In this document: one piece after another, positions 37,397-47,098 of the stretch
Layout: every line of letters starts with the position of its first letter
How positions within the stretch are numbered: the first letter of the stretch is position 1
Source of the DNA: Pseudomonadota bacterium
GTDB taxonomy: Bacteria; Pseudomonadota; Gammaproteobacteria; Burkholderiales; Burkholderiaceae_C
Direction of reading: 5' to 3'
Length of the DNA stretch: 64,000 nt
NCBI GenBank assembly: GCA_018241265.1
Contig: JAFEEF010000069.1
Location: 33,004-97,003 of the forward strand
Program-made: the position numbers and the translations under genes
Notes under the pieces: generated by a model
Databases searched by the model: none
The model's input: the letters and a program-made list of their open reading frames with translations, nothing else
Told to the model about the DNA's origin: nothing

Positions 37397-39334
37397 TCAG
37401 CCGCGCGCGAGTTGCGTAGCCTTCAACGCACTCATCAACGCCAGCATCGTCGACAGCGCGTTCGCATCTCCGCCCTGGGCGCCGAGCTGGATCTGCGGCA
37501 CGAGCGGCACCTTGGCCGTCTCGAAGGCTTCGGCGATGCGCAGCATCACGGTCTGCGTGAGCTGCTTGTCGGCGCCCTCGCCCTGCAGCGCGTCCGACTT
37601 CGCCTTGATCGCAGCGCCTTCGGCCTCGCCGACGCTCTTGATCGCGGCCGCGCGTCCGAGGCCTTCGTTCTCCTGGCGGAAGCGCTCCGCCTGCGCCAGC
37701 GCTTCGATCTCCTGGCGCCGCTTCTCGGCCATCTTCACCGCCGCCGCGCCCTGGTTGTCGCGGATCGTGATGTCGACCAGCGACGCGGTCAGCTCGGCCT
37801 GCTTCTCGGCGCGCTTCTCGGCCTCCTTCAGCTCGCGCTGCTTGTCGGCCGCGATCTGCTTCTGGGCGTACGTCTCGACCTGCTCGCGCGCGATCTGCCG
37901 GTCGCGCAGCTGCGCCATGATGTCCTCGATGCGGTGGTCGCCGGCCTGCGGCTTCGGCGTCCCGATCAGCACCTCCTGGAACTCGAGCGAATAGGCGAGG
38001 AAGCGCTCGCGCATGTCGATCGACGCGTTGGCCTGCAATTCGCTCCGCGACTGGATCAGCTCGATGAAGGTGCGCGTCTGGCTGACGTTCTTGAAGTACG
38101 ACGACACCATCGGGTCGAGCGTCTGCTCGACCAGCTGCTTCACGTTGCCGAAGCGCTGCACCACCATCGGCGCCTTGCGGTAGTCGATGTGCACGACGAC
38201 CGACAGCGGCAGCTGCGGCTCGAACGCGTCCTTCGTGATCAGCGTGATCTCGCGCAGGTTCGAATCGAAGTTCGAGCCGCTCGCGTTCGATTGCCACATC
38301 AGCACGAAGTTGGTCGTCGGCACCAGCTCGATCTTGCCGGCGTAGGTGTTGAAGGCGTACTTGCCCGGCATCAGCGGATCGCGCCAGACGCCGCGGCAGC
38401 CGCTCGCGACGAGCTCGCCGTGGCTGTAGTCGACGCCCGACGTGTCCTCGCCCTTCGCGCCGGTGTACGACACGACGACGCCGACGAAGCCGACCGGGAT
38501 CACCGTCTTCGGGATCAGCTCGACGGTCGCGAACAGCCGGTTGATGTAGTAGGTGCCTTCGACCAGCACGCGCTCCTGGCGCCCGCGCCGGCCGCCGGCG
38601 GCGAGGAAGGCCTCGGGCTCCTGGAACGAGTGATGCCCATCGCCGACGTCGGGCGCGAGCAGGTCGTCGCGTTGCAGCGCGGGCCCGTCCTGCACCGTGA
38701 CGACCGCCAGCAGATCCGAGTCGTGGTCGGCACCGGCACCGCGCACGATGATCGGCGTGAAGGCGTGCCGCTCGTCGAGCAGCTCGCGCATCTTCGCGTA
38801 GTAGCCGTGCTCCGTCGCATCGAGCGCGAGCGAATAGGTCGCCTCTTCGGTCATCACGACGAACAGCGCCGGATTGACGATGTGCGTGCCTTCACGAAGC
38901 ACCTTGCGCTGCGGGCCCTTCTGTCCGCCGCCGCGCAGGAAGGCGCGCACGTCGCGGAAGTCGTCGACCTGCGCATTGGCCGCCAAGGTCTGGCCCGAAG
39001 CGAGATCGAGCCCGTCGCGCGCGAACACGTAGCCGATCTTGCCTTGCGTCACCGCGACCATCGACCGGATGTGCACGCGGTACTGGAACGGCGCGAACGC
39101 GTGGAAGCCGCCGCGCAGCAGCTCGGGCTGGAAGCCCGCTTCGCCGTCGAGCGCGAGCAGGCCGCTGCGCACCGAGCCGCGGCCGCTCCACAGCCGTTCG
39201 ACGACGCCGATGCGATCGTTCGGGATGTAGCGCACCATGCCCGAGATGCGCATGAACAGTGCGATGGCCAATAGCGTAGCCGGGCCGATGACGAGCCCTA
39301 TGACCCATGCCGGGCCGAAACCGAGGCTGAACAT
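37397..39334 (-). CDS. SPFH/band-7 (flotillin-like, YqiK family) membrane protein
   Basis: N-terminal TM anchor (MFSLGFGPAWVIGLVIGPATLLAIALF). Long SPFH core. C-terminal coiled-coil rich in EA/KR repeats (...QIAREQVETYAQKQIAADKQRELKEAEKRAEKQAEL...). Confidence 0.75.
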   Translation of the reverse strand: MFSLGFGPAWVIGLVIGPATLLAIALFMRISGMVRYIPNDRIGVVERLWSGRGSVRSGLLALDGEAGFQPELLRGGFHAFAPFQYRVHIRSMVAVTQGKIGYVFARDGLDLASGQTLAANAQVDDFRDVRAFLRGGGQKGPQRKVLREGTHIVNPALFVVMTEEATYSLALDATEHGYYAKMRELLDERHAFTPIIVRGAGADHDSDLLAVVTVQDGPALQRDDLLAPDVGDGHHSFQEPEAFLAAGGRRGRQERVLVEGTYYINRLFATVELIPKTVIPVGFVGVVVSYTGAKGEDTSGVDYSHGELVASGCRGVWRDPLMPGKYAFNTYAGKIELVPTTNFVLMWQSNASGSNFDSNLREITLITKDAFEPQLPLSVVVHIDYRKAPMVVQRFGNVKQLVEQTLDPMVSSYFKNVSQTRTFIELIQSRSELQANASIDMRERFLAYSLEFQEVLIGTPKPQAGDHRIEDIMAQLRDRQIAREQVETYAQKQIAADKQRELKEAEKRAEKQAELTASLVDITIRDNQGAAAVKMAEKRRQEIEALAQAERFRQENEGLGRAAAIKSVGEAEGAAIKAKSDALQGEGADKQLTQTVMLRIAEAFETAKVPLVPQIQLGAQGGDANALSTMLALMSALKATQLARG

Positions 39335-39771
39335 GATTTCCTCTTGGAAGAGTTTGGGAAGAGTTTGGAGCAACGCCCGTCCGGCGTCGCCCATGGGCGC
39401 GATGCGGTCGCGACCGACCGGCGCGTACGTTCGATGCGCGCTCGATGACACCTCCCCGCGTTCAACGATCGGGGCGGCGCAAGCGGGGAAGATTCAGGGG
39501 CGCCGTCGCGGCAGCCGCAGACGGATGGTCCAACCCGCCGGCAGCGGCAGGTCCAACGGACGTAAGGCGTGGATGCCGGCGACGCGCCCTGGGCGGGCGC
39601 GACCGGCGCGGTGCGCGCCGCAGTCGAATGCGTTCACGATGTGCTCTGGTGTCTGCGGCCGTAGCCCGACGCGGCGCATCGTCCTCCGTTGCCGGCGCTT
39701 TGCAAGCGGATGCTACAAAGGCCCTGACGGGCAAGCATGTATGCCGTGCGCAGCCACGCGCCGGGCCCTGT

Positions 39772-40185
39772 TCAGAAGCAGCCGTCGTCGTCGACGTGCA
39801 AGCGGCAGGCGAAGCGCATCATCTCGGCGTTCTGCTTCATCGAGCGGCGAAACACCGCAGCAGCTTCGTGCTCGATCGCATCGGGCAGCGGGACCGCAAC
39901 CGGCGCACCGGTCGAGTTGGTGTAGAAGTTGATGAAGCAGGTGCGCCGCGGCTCGCAGAGCAGAGACAGCTGACGTACGTAAGCATCGCGGTCGCGTGCC
40001 TCGGCGTCCGGCACGATGACGACCTCGATGATTCCCTGACGTCCGGCCACCGGCCAGGCGCCGCCGGCCGGCGCAGACGCGGGCGCGGGCTGTGCGCCTG
40101 CGCCGGCCGAGAGGAGCACCAGCGCGGCCACGGCAGAACAGCGCCGCCCGTGTCGCGTCGTGATGGTGACCCAGCGCTGGCTCAT
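39772..40185 (-). CDS. hypothetical secreted/periplasmic protein
   Basis: Start MSQRWVTITTRHGRRCSAVAALVLLSAGAGAQP (signal peptide). About 137 aa with 4 Cys. Upstream track extension is non-coding-like. Confidence 0.45.
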   Translation of the reverse strand: MSQRWVTITTRHGRRCSAVAALVLLSAGAGAQPAPASAPAGGAWPVAGRQGIIEVVIVPDAEARDRDAYVRQLSLLCEPRRTCFINFYTNSTGAPVAVPLPDAIEHEAAAVFRRSMKQNAEMMRFACRLHVDDDGCF

Positions 40186-40339
40186 GTCGATCTCCGTTGT
40201 TCGAGGCAGGACCGTTCGACTGTAGTGCAGGGTTCGACGCGGCCGGTGCATCCCCAGTCCGAAGTACCGCCGGCCCTGCGCTGCCGGGGCGATCTGAGGT
40301 AAAAAGCAAGCCCGCCGAGGCCGGCTGCCAACGAGCCCG

Positions 40340-41617
40340 ATGCGCGCCATCTTCATCAGCTATCGCCGCGAAGACGCCGAAGGCCATGCCGGACGGCTCT
40401 TCGAAGACCTCGTGCAACGCTTCGGCAGCGCGTCCGTGTTCATGGACGTCGCCGACATCGAGCCGGGCCGCGACTTCCGGCGCGTCATCGAGGAGCAGGT
40501 GGCGTCGTGCGGCGTGCTGCTCGCGGTGATCGGCAAGAGCTGGCTCGACGTGGCCGATGCACAGGGCAAGCGGCGTCTCGACGACCCGTACGACTTCGTC
40601 GTGCTCGAGACCGCTTCGGCCCTGAAGCGCGACATCCCGGTGATACCGGTGCTGGTGCACGGCGCGACGATGCCGCGCGCCGAGCAGTTGCCCGATGCGC
40701 TGAAGGATCTGGCCTACCGCAACAGCGTCGGGCTGACGCACGTACGCTGGAGCTCCGACGTGCAGTTGCTGATCCGTGCGCTGCTGCCGTATGTCGATGC
40801 GGCGAGCGGCGACGTGCGGCCGGTTGCCGCACCCGTGCCGGCACCGGCGCCGGTGCCGGCAGCTGCAACTGCGCCCGCACCCTCGCCCGCCTATCCGCCC
40901 ACGGAGCAGCGCAGCAGGCTTCCGCTCGCCACGCTCGGCAGCGTGGTCGCCATCGGTGCGGTCGCCGGCATCGGCTACCTGTGGTCGGATCACGCACGGA
41001 AGCCGATCGTCGCGCAGTCCGACTTCACGGCGGCGAGCCAGCCGGTCGCGTCGGTCGCTCCGGCGCCGATGCCAGCGCCGGCACCCGCGCCGGCGCCCGC
41101 GCGGACCTCGGAGGCGAGCGGGCCGATCGGCGACGCCGATGTCGCGAAGCCGGCACCTGCCGCACCGCCACCCCACAAGCGTCCGCCTGCCCCGGCACCC
41201 CGCCCGATCGAGACGACCGTGGCCACCGCCACGCCGGCCCCGGCGCCTGCGCCGGCCCTGGTCCCGGCTCCACTGCCGCCGGCCGCGCCGCCGCCGACCG
41301 GCGCGCCGGTCCCGGATGCATCGACGGATGCCGAGATGGCCATACCGAGCCGCGCCGACCCGGCGCTCGCCATCTACGGCGATCGCGTCAAGGTGAGCTT
41401 CGCGACGCGTACCATCGTCATCACGCCATCGACCAACTACGTCAACGTGACCGGCGGAGAGATCATTCGCTTCGTCGTCGGCAACAAGTCGATGGCATGG
41501 AACTTCAACGGCCGCTCGGGCAGCTTCGACCTGGCGCGCGCCGCGCCGGCGCTGATCGACCACAAGGTCACGGCGTACATCGCGCCCAATCCGTACTACC
41601 CGCGCTCCGGCGGCTGA
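40340..41617 (+). CDS. TIR domain-containing single-pass membrane protein (TIR - Pro/Ala-rich linker - TM - C-terminal domain)
   Basis: MRAIFISYRREDAEGHAGRLFEDL...VFMDVADIEPGRDFRRVIEEQVASCGVLLAVIGKSWL is a canonical bacterial TIR (TIR_2-like). TM LATLGSVVAIGAVAGIGYLW. PAPAPA low-complexity linkers. C-terminal roughly 95-aa beta-rich domain. Confidence 0.7.
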   Translation: MRAIFISYRREDAEGHAGRLFEDLVQRFGSASVFMDVADIEPGRDFRRVIEEQVASCGVLLAVIGKSWLDVADAQGKRRLDDPYDFVVLETASALKRDIPVIPVLVHGATMPRAEQLPDALKDLAYRNSVGLTHVRWSSDVQLLIRALLPYVDAASGDVRPVAAPVPAPAPVPAAATAPAPSPAYPPTEQRSRLPLATLGSVVAIGAVAGIGYLWSDHARKPIVAQSDFTAASQPVASVAPAPMPAPAPAPAPARTSEASGPIGDADVAKPAPAAPPPHKRPPAPAPRPIETTVATATPAPAPAPALVPAPLPPAAPPPTGAPVPDASTDAEMAIPSRADPALAIYGDRVKVSFATRTIVITPSTNYVNVTGGEIIRFVVGNKSMAWNFNGRSGSFDLARAAPALIDHKVTAYIAPNPYYPRSGG

Positions 41618-41700
41618 CGTCACCGGCACGAGCTTTCCACCGCATTTGCACGACAGACCCGCCGCTGCGACGGCGAGCCTGTTTCAGGGCGTAGGCCGCG

Positions 41701-42636
41701 CTACCAGTCGTCGCTGCCGCCGCCCCCGCCGCCGCTGTCGAACGATCCGCCGGCGTCGCCGCCCCAGTCGTCGCCGTTGCCGAAGTCGACCGGGCGCTCT
41801 TCGAGCGCGCGCGCATCGGCGTCACGGCTGTTGTCGATGAACGAGCCCGGATCGAACGGGCCGCCGCCGGCACCGCTGTCATGCGGGATGTAGCCTTGCT
41901 GCGAGTCATGGCCGCGCTCGAGCATCTTCTCGGCGAGCATGCCGGCCGCGACGCCGCCTGCAGCGGCCAGGCCGACGCCGAGCATGCCGGAGCCGCCGCT
42001 CGACGGCACCGGTCCGGGGCCGTACCCTGGCCCGTATCCCGGGCCATACCCCGGCCCATACCCCGCACCGCCGGTCGGGCCGTAGCCCGGCGCATAGGTC
42101 GTCGCCGCGTTGCCGTACCCCGGCGCCGGCACCGGACCGGACGCGCGGCTGCGGCTCAGCATGCGCCACAGGAAGTAGCCGATCGCGAGCAGGCCGACCA
42201 GCCAGATCCAGCCCGGAATCCCGGAGCGCTGGACGACGGGCTGCGGCGCCACCGGTGCCGGCACGACATCGGTGGACAGGGACGGCGCGGCGGGACGCGT
42301 GTTCGCCGACGCGCGACGCGCCTGCTCGCGGTCCAGCGTCTGCTGGAAGCTGCGAAACTTGTCGGGCTGCGTGAACGACAGCGACGGATCGATCTGGCGC
42401 GCCCGGTCGGCCTGCTGCGCCGCCTCGGCGAAACGGTCGTTGTGCGCCAGGATCTCGGCGTAGACGTAGTGCGCCTTGGCGCTGTCGGGCTTGGCCGCGA
42501 CCACCTCGCGCATCATCGACTCGGCCTGTGCGTAGTCGCCTTTCTGCACCGCCGCCTCGACGTTGGCCACCGTCGGCAGCGCGAACGCCACCGAGGCCAG
42601 TACCGCGAGCCCGAAGCCGATCAACCAGCGTTTCAT
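41701..42636 (-). CDS. TPR-repeat membrane protein with Gly/Tyr-rich C-terminal region
   Basis: Signal peptide. TPR-like helices (AKAHYVYAEILAHNDRFAEAAQQADRARQIDP). TM WIWLVGLLAIGYFLW. GYGPGYGPGYGPGYGPG repeats. Confidence 0.55.
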   Translation of the reverse strand: MKRWLIGFGLAVLASVAFALPTVANVEAAVQKGDYAQAESMMREVVAAKPDSAKAHYVYAEILAHNDRFAEAAQQADRARQIDPSLSFTQPDKFRSFQQTLDREQARRASANTRPAAPSLSTDVVPAPVAPQPVVQRSGIPGWIWLVGLLAIGYFLWRMLSRSRASGPVPAPGYGNAATTYAPGYGPTGGAGYGPGYGPGYGPGYGPGPVPSSGGSGMLGVGLAAAGGVAAGMLAEKMLERGHDSQQGYIPHDSGAGGGPFDPGSFIDNSRDADARALEERPVDFGNGDDWGGDAGGSFDSGGGGGGSDDW

Positions 42637-42836
42637 GACGTTTTCCTCTCTCCCGACCGTCCGCGGGAACTTGCGGACGTGAAGATAAGGCCGCGCCGGC
42701 GCGCTGCAATGGCCGCCGACAGTCCTTTACACGACGGCGCGGCCGTCCGCCCGGATCGGGCCTCGCCGCGGCACCGATCTTGCGTCACCGGGCAACCGCT
42801 ATCCTGTCGGCCAACGCCGCAAGCAGAAGGTCCGCC

Positions 42837-43868
42837 ATGTCCCACACCATACCCGCCACGCTCATTCCGGGCGACGGCATCGGCCCAGAAATCGTCGACG
42901 CCGCCCTCACCGTGCTGGACGCGCTCGGCGCGCCGTTCGAATGGGATACGCAGATCGCCGGCCTGCAGGGCGTGAAGTCGGCGGGCGACCCGCTGCCGCC
43001 CGAGACGCTGGCCAGCATCCGAAGGACCCGGCTCGCGCTCAAAGGCCCGCTGGAAACGCCGTCCGGCGGCGGCTACCGTTCGTCGAACGTGCGGCTGCGC
43101 GAGGAGTTCCAGCTCTACGCCAACCTGCGTCCGGCACGCACCGTGATCCCGGGCGGCCGCTTCGACAAGATCGATCTCGTCGTCGTGCGCGAGAACCTCG
43201 AGGGCCTGTACATCGGCCACGAGCACTACATCCCGATCGGCGACGACCCCCACGCGGTCGCGATGGCCACCGGCGTGAACACCCGCCAAGGCAGCCGGCG
43301 CCTGCTCGAATACGCCTTCGAGCACGCGATCGCGACCGGCCGCAAGAAGGTCACGATCGTCCACAAGGCCAACATCATGAAGGCGCTGACCGGCCTCTTC
43401 CTCGAGACCGGCGAGGCGCTCTACAGGGAGAAGTACGCCGACAAGATCGCGCTCGAGACGGTGATCGTCGATGCCTGCGCGATGAAGCTGGTGCTCGATC
43501 CGTGGCAGTTCGACGTGATCGTCACGACGAATCTGTTCGGCGACATCCTGTCCGACCTCGTCGCCGGCCTGGTCGGCGGCCTCGGCATGGCGCCGGGCGC
43601 CAACATCGGCACCGACGCAGCGATCTTCGAGGCGGTGCACGGCTCGGCGCCCGACATCGCCGGCCAGGACAAGGCCAATCCGACCGCGCTGCTGCTCGCC
43701 GCGGCGATGATGCTGGACCATGTCGGGCGGGTCGATCTGGGAACGCGGCTGCGCGGCGCGATCGACGCGACGCTCAACACCGACAACGTCCGCACCGGCG
43801 ACCTCGGCGGCAAGGCCGGCACCAAGGCGTACGCGGCGGCGCTCGCCAGCCGGGTCCGCAACGGTTAA
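42837..43868 (+). CDS. isocitrate/isopropylmalate dehydrogenase family protein (NAD-dependent isocitrate dehydrogenase-like)
   Basis: AGAAGG ribosome-binding site before ATG 42837. Beta-decarboxylating dehydrogenase motifs (NLFGDILSDL, GSAPDIAG). Confidence 0.75.
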   Translation: MSHTIPATLIPGDGIGPEIVDAALTVLDALGAPFEWDTQIAGLQGVKSAGDPLPPETLASIRRTRLALKGPLETPSGGGYRSSNVRLREEFQLYANLRPARTVIPGGRFDKIDLVVVRENLEGLYIGHEHYIPIGDDPHAVAMATGVNTRQGSRRLLEYAFEHAIATGRKKVTIVHKANIMKALTGLFLETGEALYREKYADKIALETVIVDACAMKLVLDPWQFDVIVTTNLFGDILSDLVAGLVGGLGMAPGANIGTDAAIFEAVHGSAPDIAGQDKANPTALLLAAAMMLDHVGRVDLGTRLRGAIDATLNTDNVRTGDLGGKAGTKAYAAALASRVRNG

Positions 43869-43967
43869 GCCCCTCGGGGCGCGGGAGCGCCCGAACTGGC
43901 TCACACTGTATGCTGCAGTGCGGGATGACCCGCGCCGTCCCGTTCAACCATTGCAGGAGCAGACGAT

Positions 43968-45152
43968 ATGAGCCAGCGTGACGTGGTCGTACTTTCTGCC
44001 GTTCGCTCGGCGATCGGCACTTTCGGCGGGTCGCTCGCCGACATCGAGCCGGCCGAGCTGGCCGGCACCGTGATGAAGGAGGCGGTCGCCCGCTCCGGCG
44101 TCGATCCGAAGCAGATCGGCTACGTGACGGTCGGCAACACGATTCCGACCGAATCGCGCTTCGCCTACGTCGCGCGGGTCGCGTCGATCCAGGCCGGCCT
44201 GCCGATGGAATCGGTCGCGATGGCGGTGAACCGCCTGTGCTCGTCGGGCCTGCAGGGCATCGTGACGACCGCGCAGAACATCCTGCTCGGCGACTACGAC
44301 TACGGCATCGGCGGCGGCGTCGAGGTGATGAGCCGCGGCGGCTACCTCTCGACCGCGCTGCGCACCGGCGCGCGCATGGGCGACACGAAGTTCATCGACA
44401 TGATGGTCGCGACCTTGACCGATCCGTTCGGCGTCGGCCACATGGGCATCACCGCCGAGAACCTCGCCGAGAAGTGGGGCATCACGCGCGGCGACCAGGA
44501 CGCCCTCGCGGCCGAATCGCACCGGCGCGCCGCCGCGGCGATCGTCGAGGGCCGCTTCAAGTCGCAGATCGTCGCGATCACGAAGCAGACCAGGAAGGGC
44601 GAGGTCGTGTTCGACACCGACGAGCACGTCAAGGCGCAGACCACCGTCGAGACGCTCGCGAAGATGAAGCCGGCGTTCAAGAAGGACGGCACCGTGACCG
44701 CCGGCAATGCGTCCGGCATCAACGACGGCGCCTCGTTCTTCGTGCTCGCCGATGCGGCGAAGGCGGCGGCCGGCGGCCACAAGCCGATCGCGCGGCTCGT
44801 GTCGTATGCGGTCGCCGGCGTGTCCAACGAGATCATGGGCGAAGGCCCGATCCCGGCGTCGAAGATCGCCCTCAAGAAGGCCGGCCTCACGGTCGACCAG
44901 ATGGACGTCGTCGAGAGCAACGAGGCCTTCGCATCGCAGGCGCTGACGGTCGCGCGCGGCCTCGAGCTCGACCCGAAGAAGACCAACCCGAACGGCGGTG
45001 CGATCGCGCTCGGCCATCCGATCGGCGCGTCCGGCGCGGTGATCGCGACCAAGGCGCTCTACGAGCTGCAGCGTACCGGCGGCCGCTACGCGCTCGTCAC
45101 GATGTGCATCGGCGGCGGCCAGGGCATCGCCACGGTGTTCGAGCGGATCTGA
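43968..45152 (+). CDS. acetyl-CoA C-acetyltransferase (beta-ketothiolase)
   Basis: Thiolase active-site contexts (VNRLCSSGLQ Cys; C-terminal CIGGGQG). 394 aa. Confidence 0.85.
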   Translation: MSQRDVVVLSAVRSAIGTFGGSLADIEPAELAGTVMKEAVARSGVDPKQIGYVTVGNTIPTESRFAYVARVASIQAGLPMESVAMAVNRLCSSGLQGIVTTAQNILLGDYDYGIGGGVEVMSRGGYLSTALRTGARMGDTKFIDMMVATLTDPFGVGHMGITAENLAEKWGITRGDQDALAAESHRRAAAAIVEGRFKSQIVAITKQTRKGEVVFDTDEHVKAQTTVETLAKMKPAFKKDGTVTAGNASGINDGASFFVLADAAKAAAGGHKPIARLVSYAVAGVSNEIMGEGPIPASKIALKKAGLTVDQMDVVESNEAFASQALTVARGLELDPKKTNPNGGAIALGHPIGASGAVIATKALYELQRTGGRYALVTMCIGGGQGIATVFERI

Positions 45153-45201
45153 CGCTCCAACGAAGCAGCGGGGCGCTCCGCACGGGGCGCCCCGCGCCGG
45201 G

Positions 45202-46875
45202 TCAGAACAACCCGCTGATCCGCCCGTTGTCGTCCACGTCGATGGCGTGCGCCGACGGCGTCTTCGGCAGACCGGGCATCGTCATGATGTCGCCGCAGAC
45301 GACGACGATGAACTCCGCGCCGGCATTCAGCCGGACCTCGCGCACATTGACGCCGTGCCCGCTGGGTGCGCCGCGCAGGCTGGCGTCGGTCGAGAACGAA
45401 TACTGCGTCTTCGCGATGCAGACCGGATAGTGGCCGTAGCCGCTGGCCTGCAGGGCGTCGATGCGCTTGCGCACCTTGCTGTCGGCGGTCACGTGGGCAG
45501 CGCCGTAGATCGTGGTGGCGATCGCCTCGATCTTCTGCCACAAGGTCTGCTCATCGGCGTAGACGTAGCGCATCGCGCTCGGCTGCTCGCACAGCGCGAC
45601 GACCTCGCGCGCCAGGTCGGCCGCGCCGGCGCCGCCGTCGGCCCAGTGGCGCGCGACGACGACGCGCACGCCGCGCCCTGCGACGCTGGCACGCAGCAGT
45701 TCGATCTCGGCCGGCGTGTCCTCGCTGCGGTGGTTGATCGCGACGACGCACGGCAGCCCGTAGTGCTGCTGCACGTTGAAGATGTGGCGGTCGAGATTGA
45801 CGAGGCCGTCGCGCAGCGCATGCAGGTTCTCGCGGCCGACGTCCTTCACCTCGACGCCGCCGTGGTACTTCAATGCCCGCACCGTCGCGACGATCACCAC
45901 CGCCGACGGCTTCAGTCCCGCCTTGCGGCATTTGATGTCGATGAACTTCTCGGCGCCGAGGTCGGCGCCGAAGCCGGCTTCGGTGACGACATAGTCGGCG
46001 AGCTTCAGCGCGGTCTGCGTCGCCAGCACCGAGTTGCAGCCGTGCGCGATGTTCGCGAACGGCCCGCCGTGGATGAACGCCAGGTTGTTCTCCAGCGTCT
46101 GCACGAGGTTGGGCGCGAGCGCATCGCGCAGCAGCGCGGCCATCGCGCCTCCGGCCTTCAGGTCGTGCGCGGTCACCGGCTGGCCGTCGATGTCGTAGCC
46201 GACGACGATGCGCGCGAGCCGCCGCTTCAGGTCGGCGATGCTGGTCGCCAGGCAGAAGATCGCCATCACTTCCGACGCGACGACGATGTCGAAGCCGTCC
46301 TCGCGCGGGTAGCCGTTGGCGCTGCCGCCGAGCGCGATCACGACGTCGCGCAGCGCGCGGTCGTTCATGTCGACGACGCGCTTCCACGCGATGCGTCGCA
46401 GGTCGAGCCTGAGCGCGTTGCCCTGGTGGATATGGTTGTCGATCAGCGCGGCGAGCAGGTTGTTGGCCAGCGCGATCGCCGAGAAGTCGCCGGTGAAGTG
46501 CAGGTTGATGTCTTCCATCGGCACGACCTGCGCATGACCGCCGCCGGCCGCGCCGCCCTTCATGCCGAACACCGGCCCGAGCGACGGCTCGCGCAGGCAG
46601 ATCAGCGCGCGCCGGCCGATGTGGTTGAGCGCGTCGCCGAGGCCGACCGTGGTCGTCGTCTTGCCTTCGCCGGCCGGCGTCGGCGAGATCGCCGTGACGA
46701 GGATCAGCTTGCCGTCGGGCCGATCGGCGAGCGTCGCGATGTGCGGCAGCGCGAGCTTGGCCTTGTAGTGGCCGTAGGGGATGAGGGCTTCGTCCGGGAT
46801 GCCCAGGCGCTCGCGCGCCAGCGCGACGATGGGCTGCATGCGGGCGTTCTGCGCGATCTCGATGTCACTGGGCAT
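45202..46875 (-). CDS. fhs: formate--tetrahydrofolate ligase
   Basis: Start [19 protein letters not shown]-binding [15 protein letters not shown]. Full-length FTHFS. Confidence 0.9.
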   Translation of the reverse strand: MPSDIEIAQNARMQPIVALARERLGIPDEALIPYGHYKAKLALPHIATLADRPDGKLILVTAISPTPAGEGKTTTTVGLGDALNHIGRRALICLREPSLGPVFGMKGGAAGGGHAQVVPMEDINLHFTGDFSAIALANNLLAALIDNHIHQGNALRLDLRRIAWKRVVDMNDRALRDVVIALGGSANGYPREDGFDIVVASEVMAIFCLATSIADLKRRLARIVVGYDIDGQPVTAHDLKAGGAMAALLRDALAPNLVQTLENNLAFIHGGPFANIAHGCNSVLATQTALKLADYVVTEAGFGADLGAEKFIDIKCRKAGLKPSAVVIVATVRALKYHGGVEVKDVGRENLHALRDGLVNLDRHIFNVQQHYGLPCVVAINHRSEDTPAEIELLRASVAGRGVRVVVARHWADGGAGAADLAREVVALCEQPSAMRYVYADEQTLWQKIEAIATTIYGAAHVTADSKVRKRIDALQASGYGHYPVCIAKTQYSFSTDASLRGAPSGHGVNVREVRLNAGAEFIVVVCGDIMTMPGLPKTPSAHAIDVDDNGRISGLF

Positions 46876-47098
46876 GGGCGGCTGCGCGTACCGGCGCGCG
46901 AAAAGCCGCAAGCGTACCCGATGCCCCGGGCCGGAACGAGCGGGCTCACCGCCGGGACGGCGCGGACGCGACCAGCCCGCACAAGGCCGTCCCTTGCGCC
47001 TGCCGACGCGCCGAGCGCTGTCCCGGCGATGAACGTCACCGCGGGCGCGTGGGATTCGCCCCCTCGCCCGCTACGCGGGAACGGGCGCCGACGCGGCC

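Noticed and set aside
38257-38266. tRNA-like T-arm motif GGTTCGAATC
   Set aside because: It lies inside the flotillin coding sequence, with no surrounding cloverleaf and no D-arm or anticodon context.
39713-41629. 638-aa minus-strand ORF antisense to the TIR-TM gene; several ORFs at 39237..39932
   Set aside because: No motifs and Arg-rich. The plus-strand TIR gene is clearly real. The 39335..39771 interval appears intergenic.
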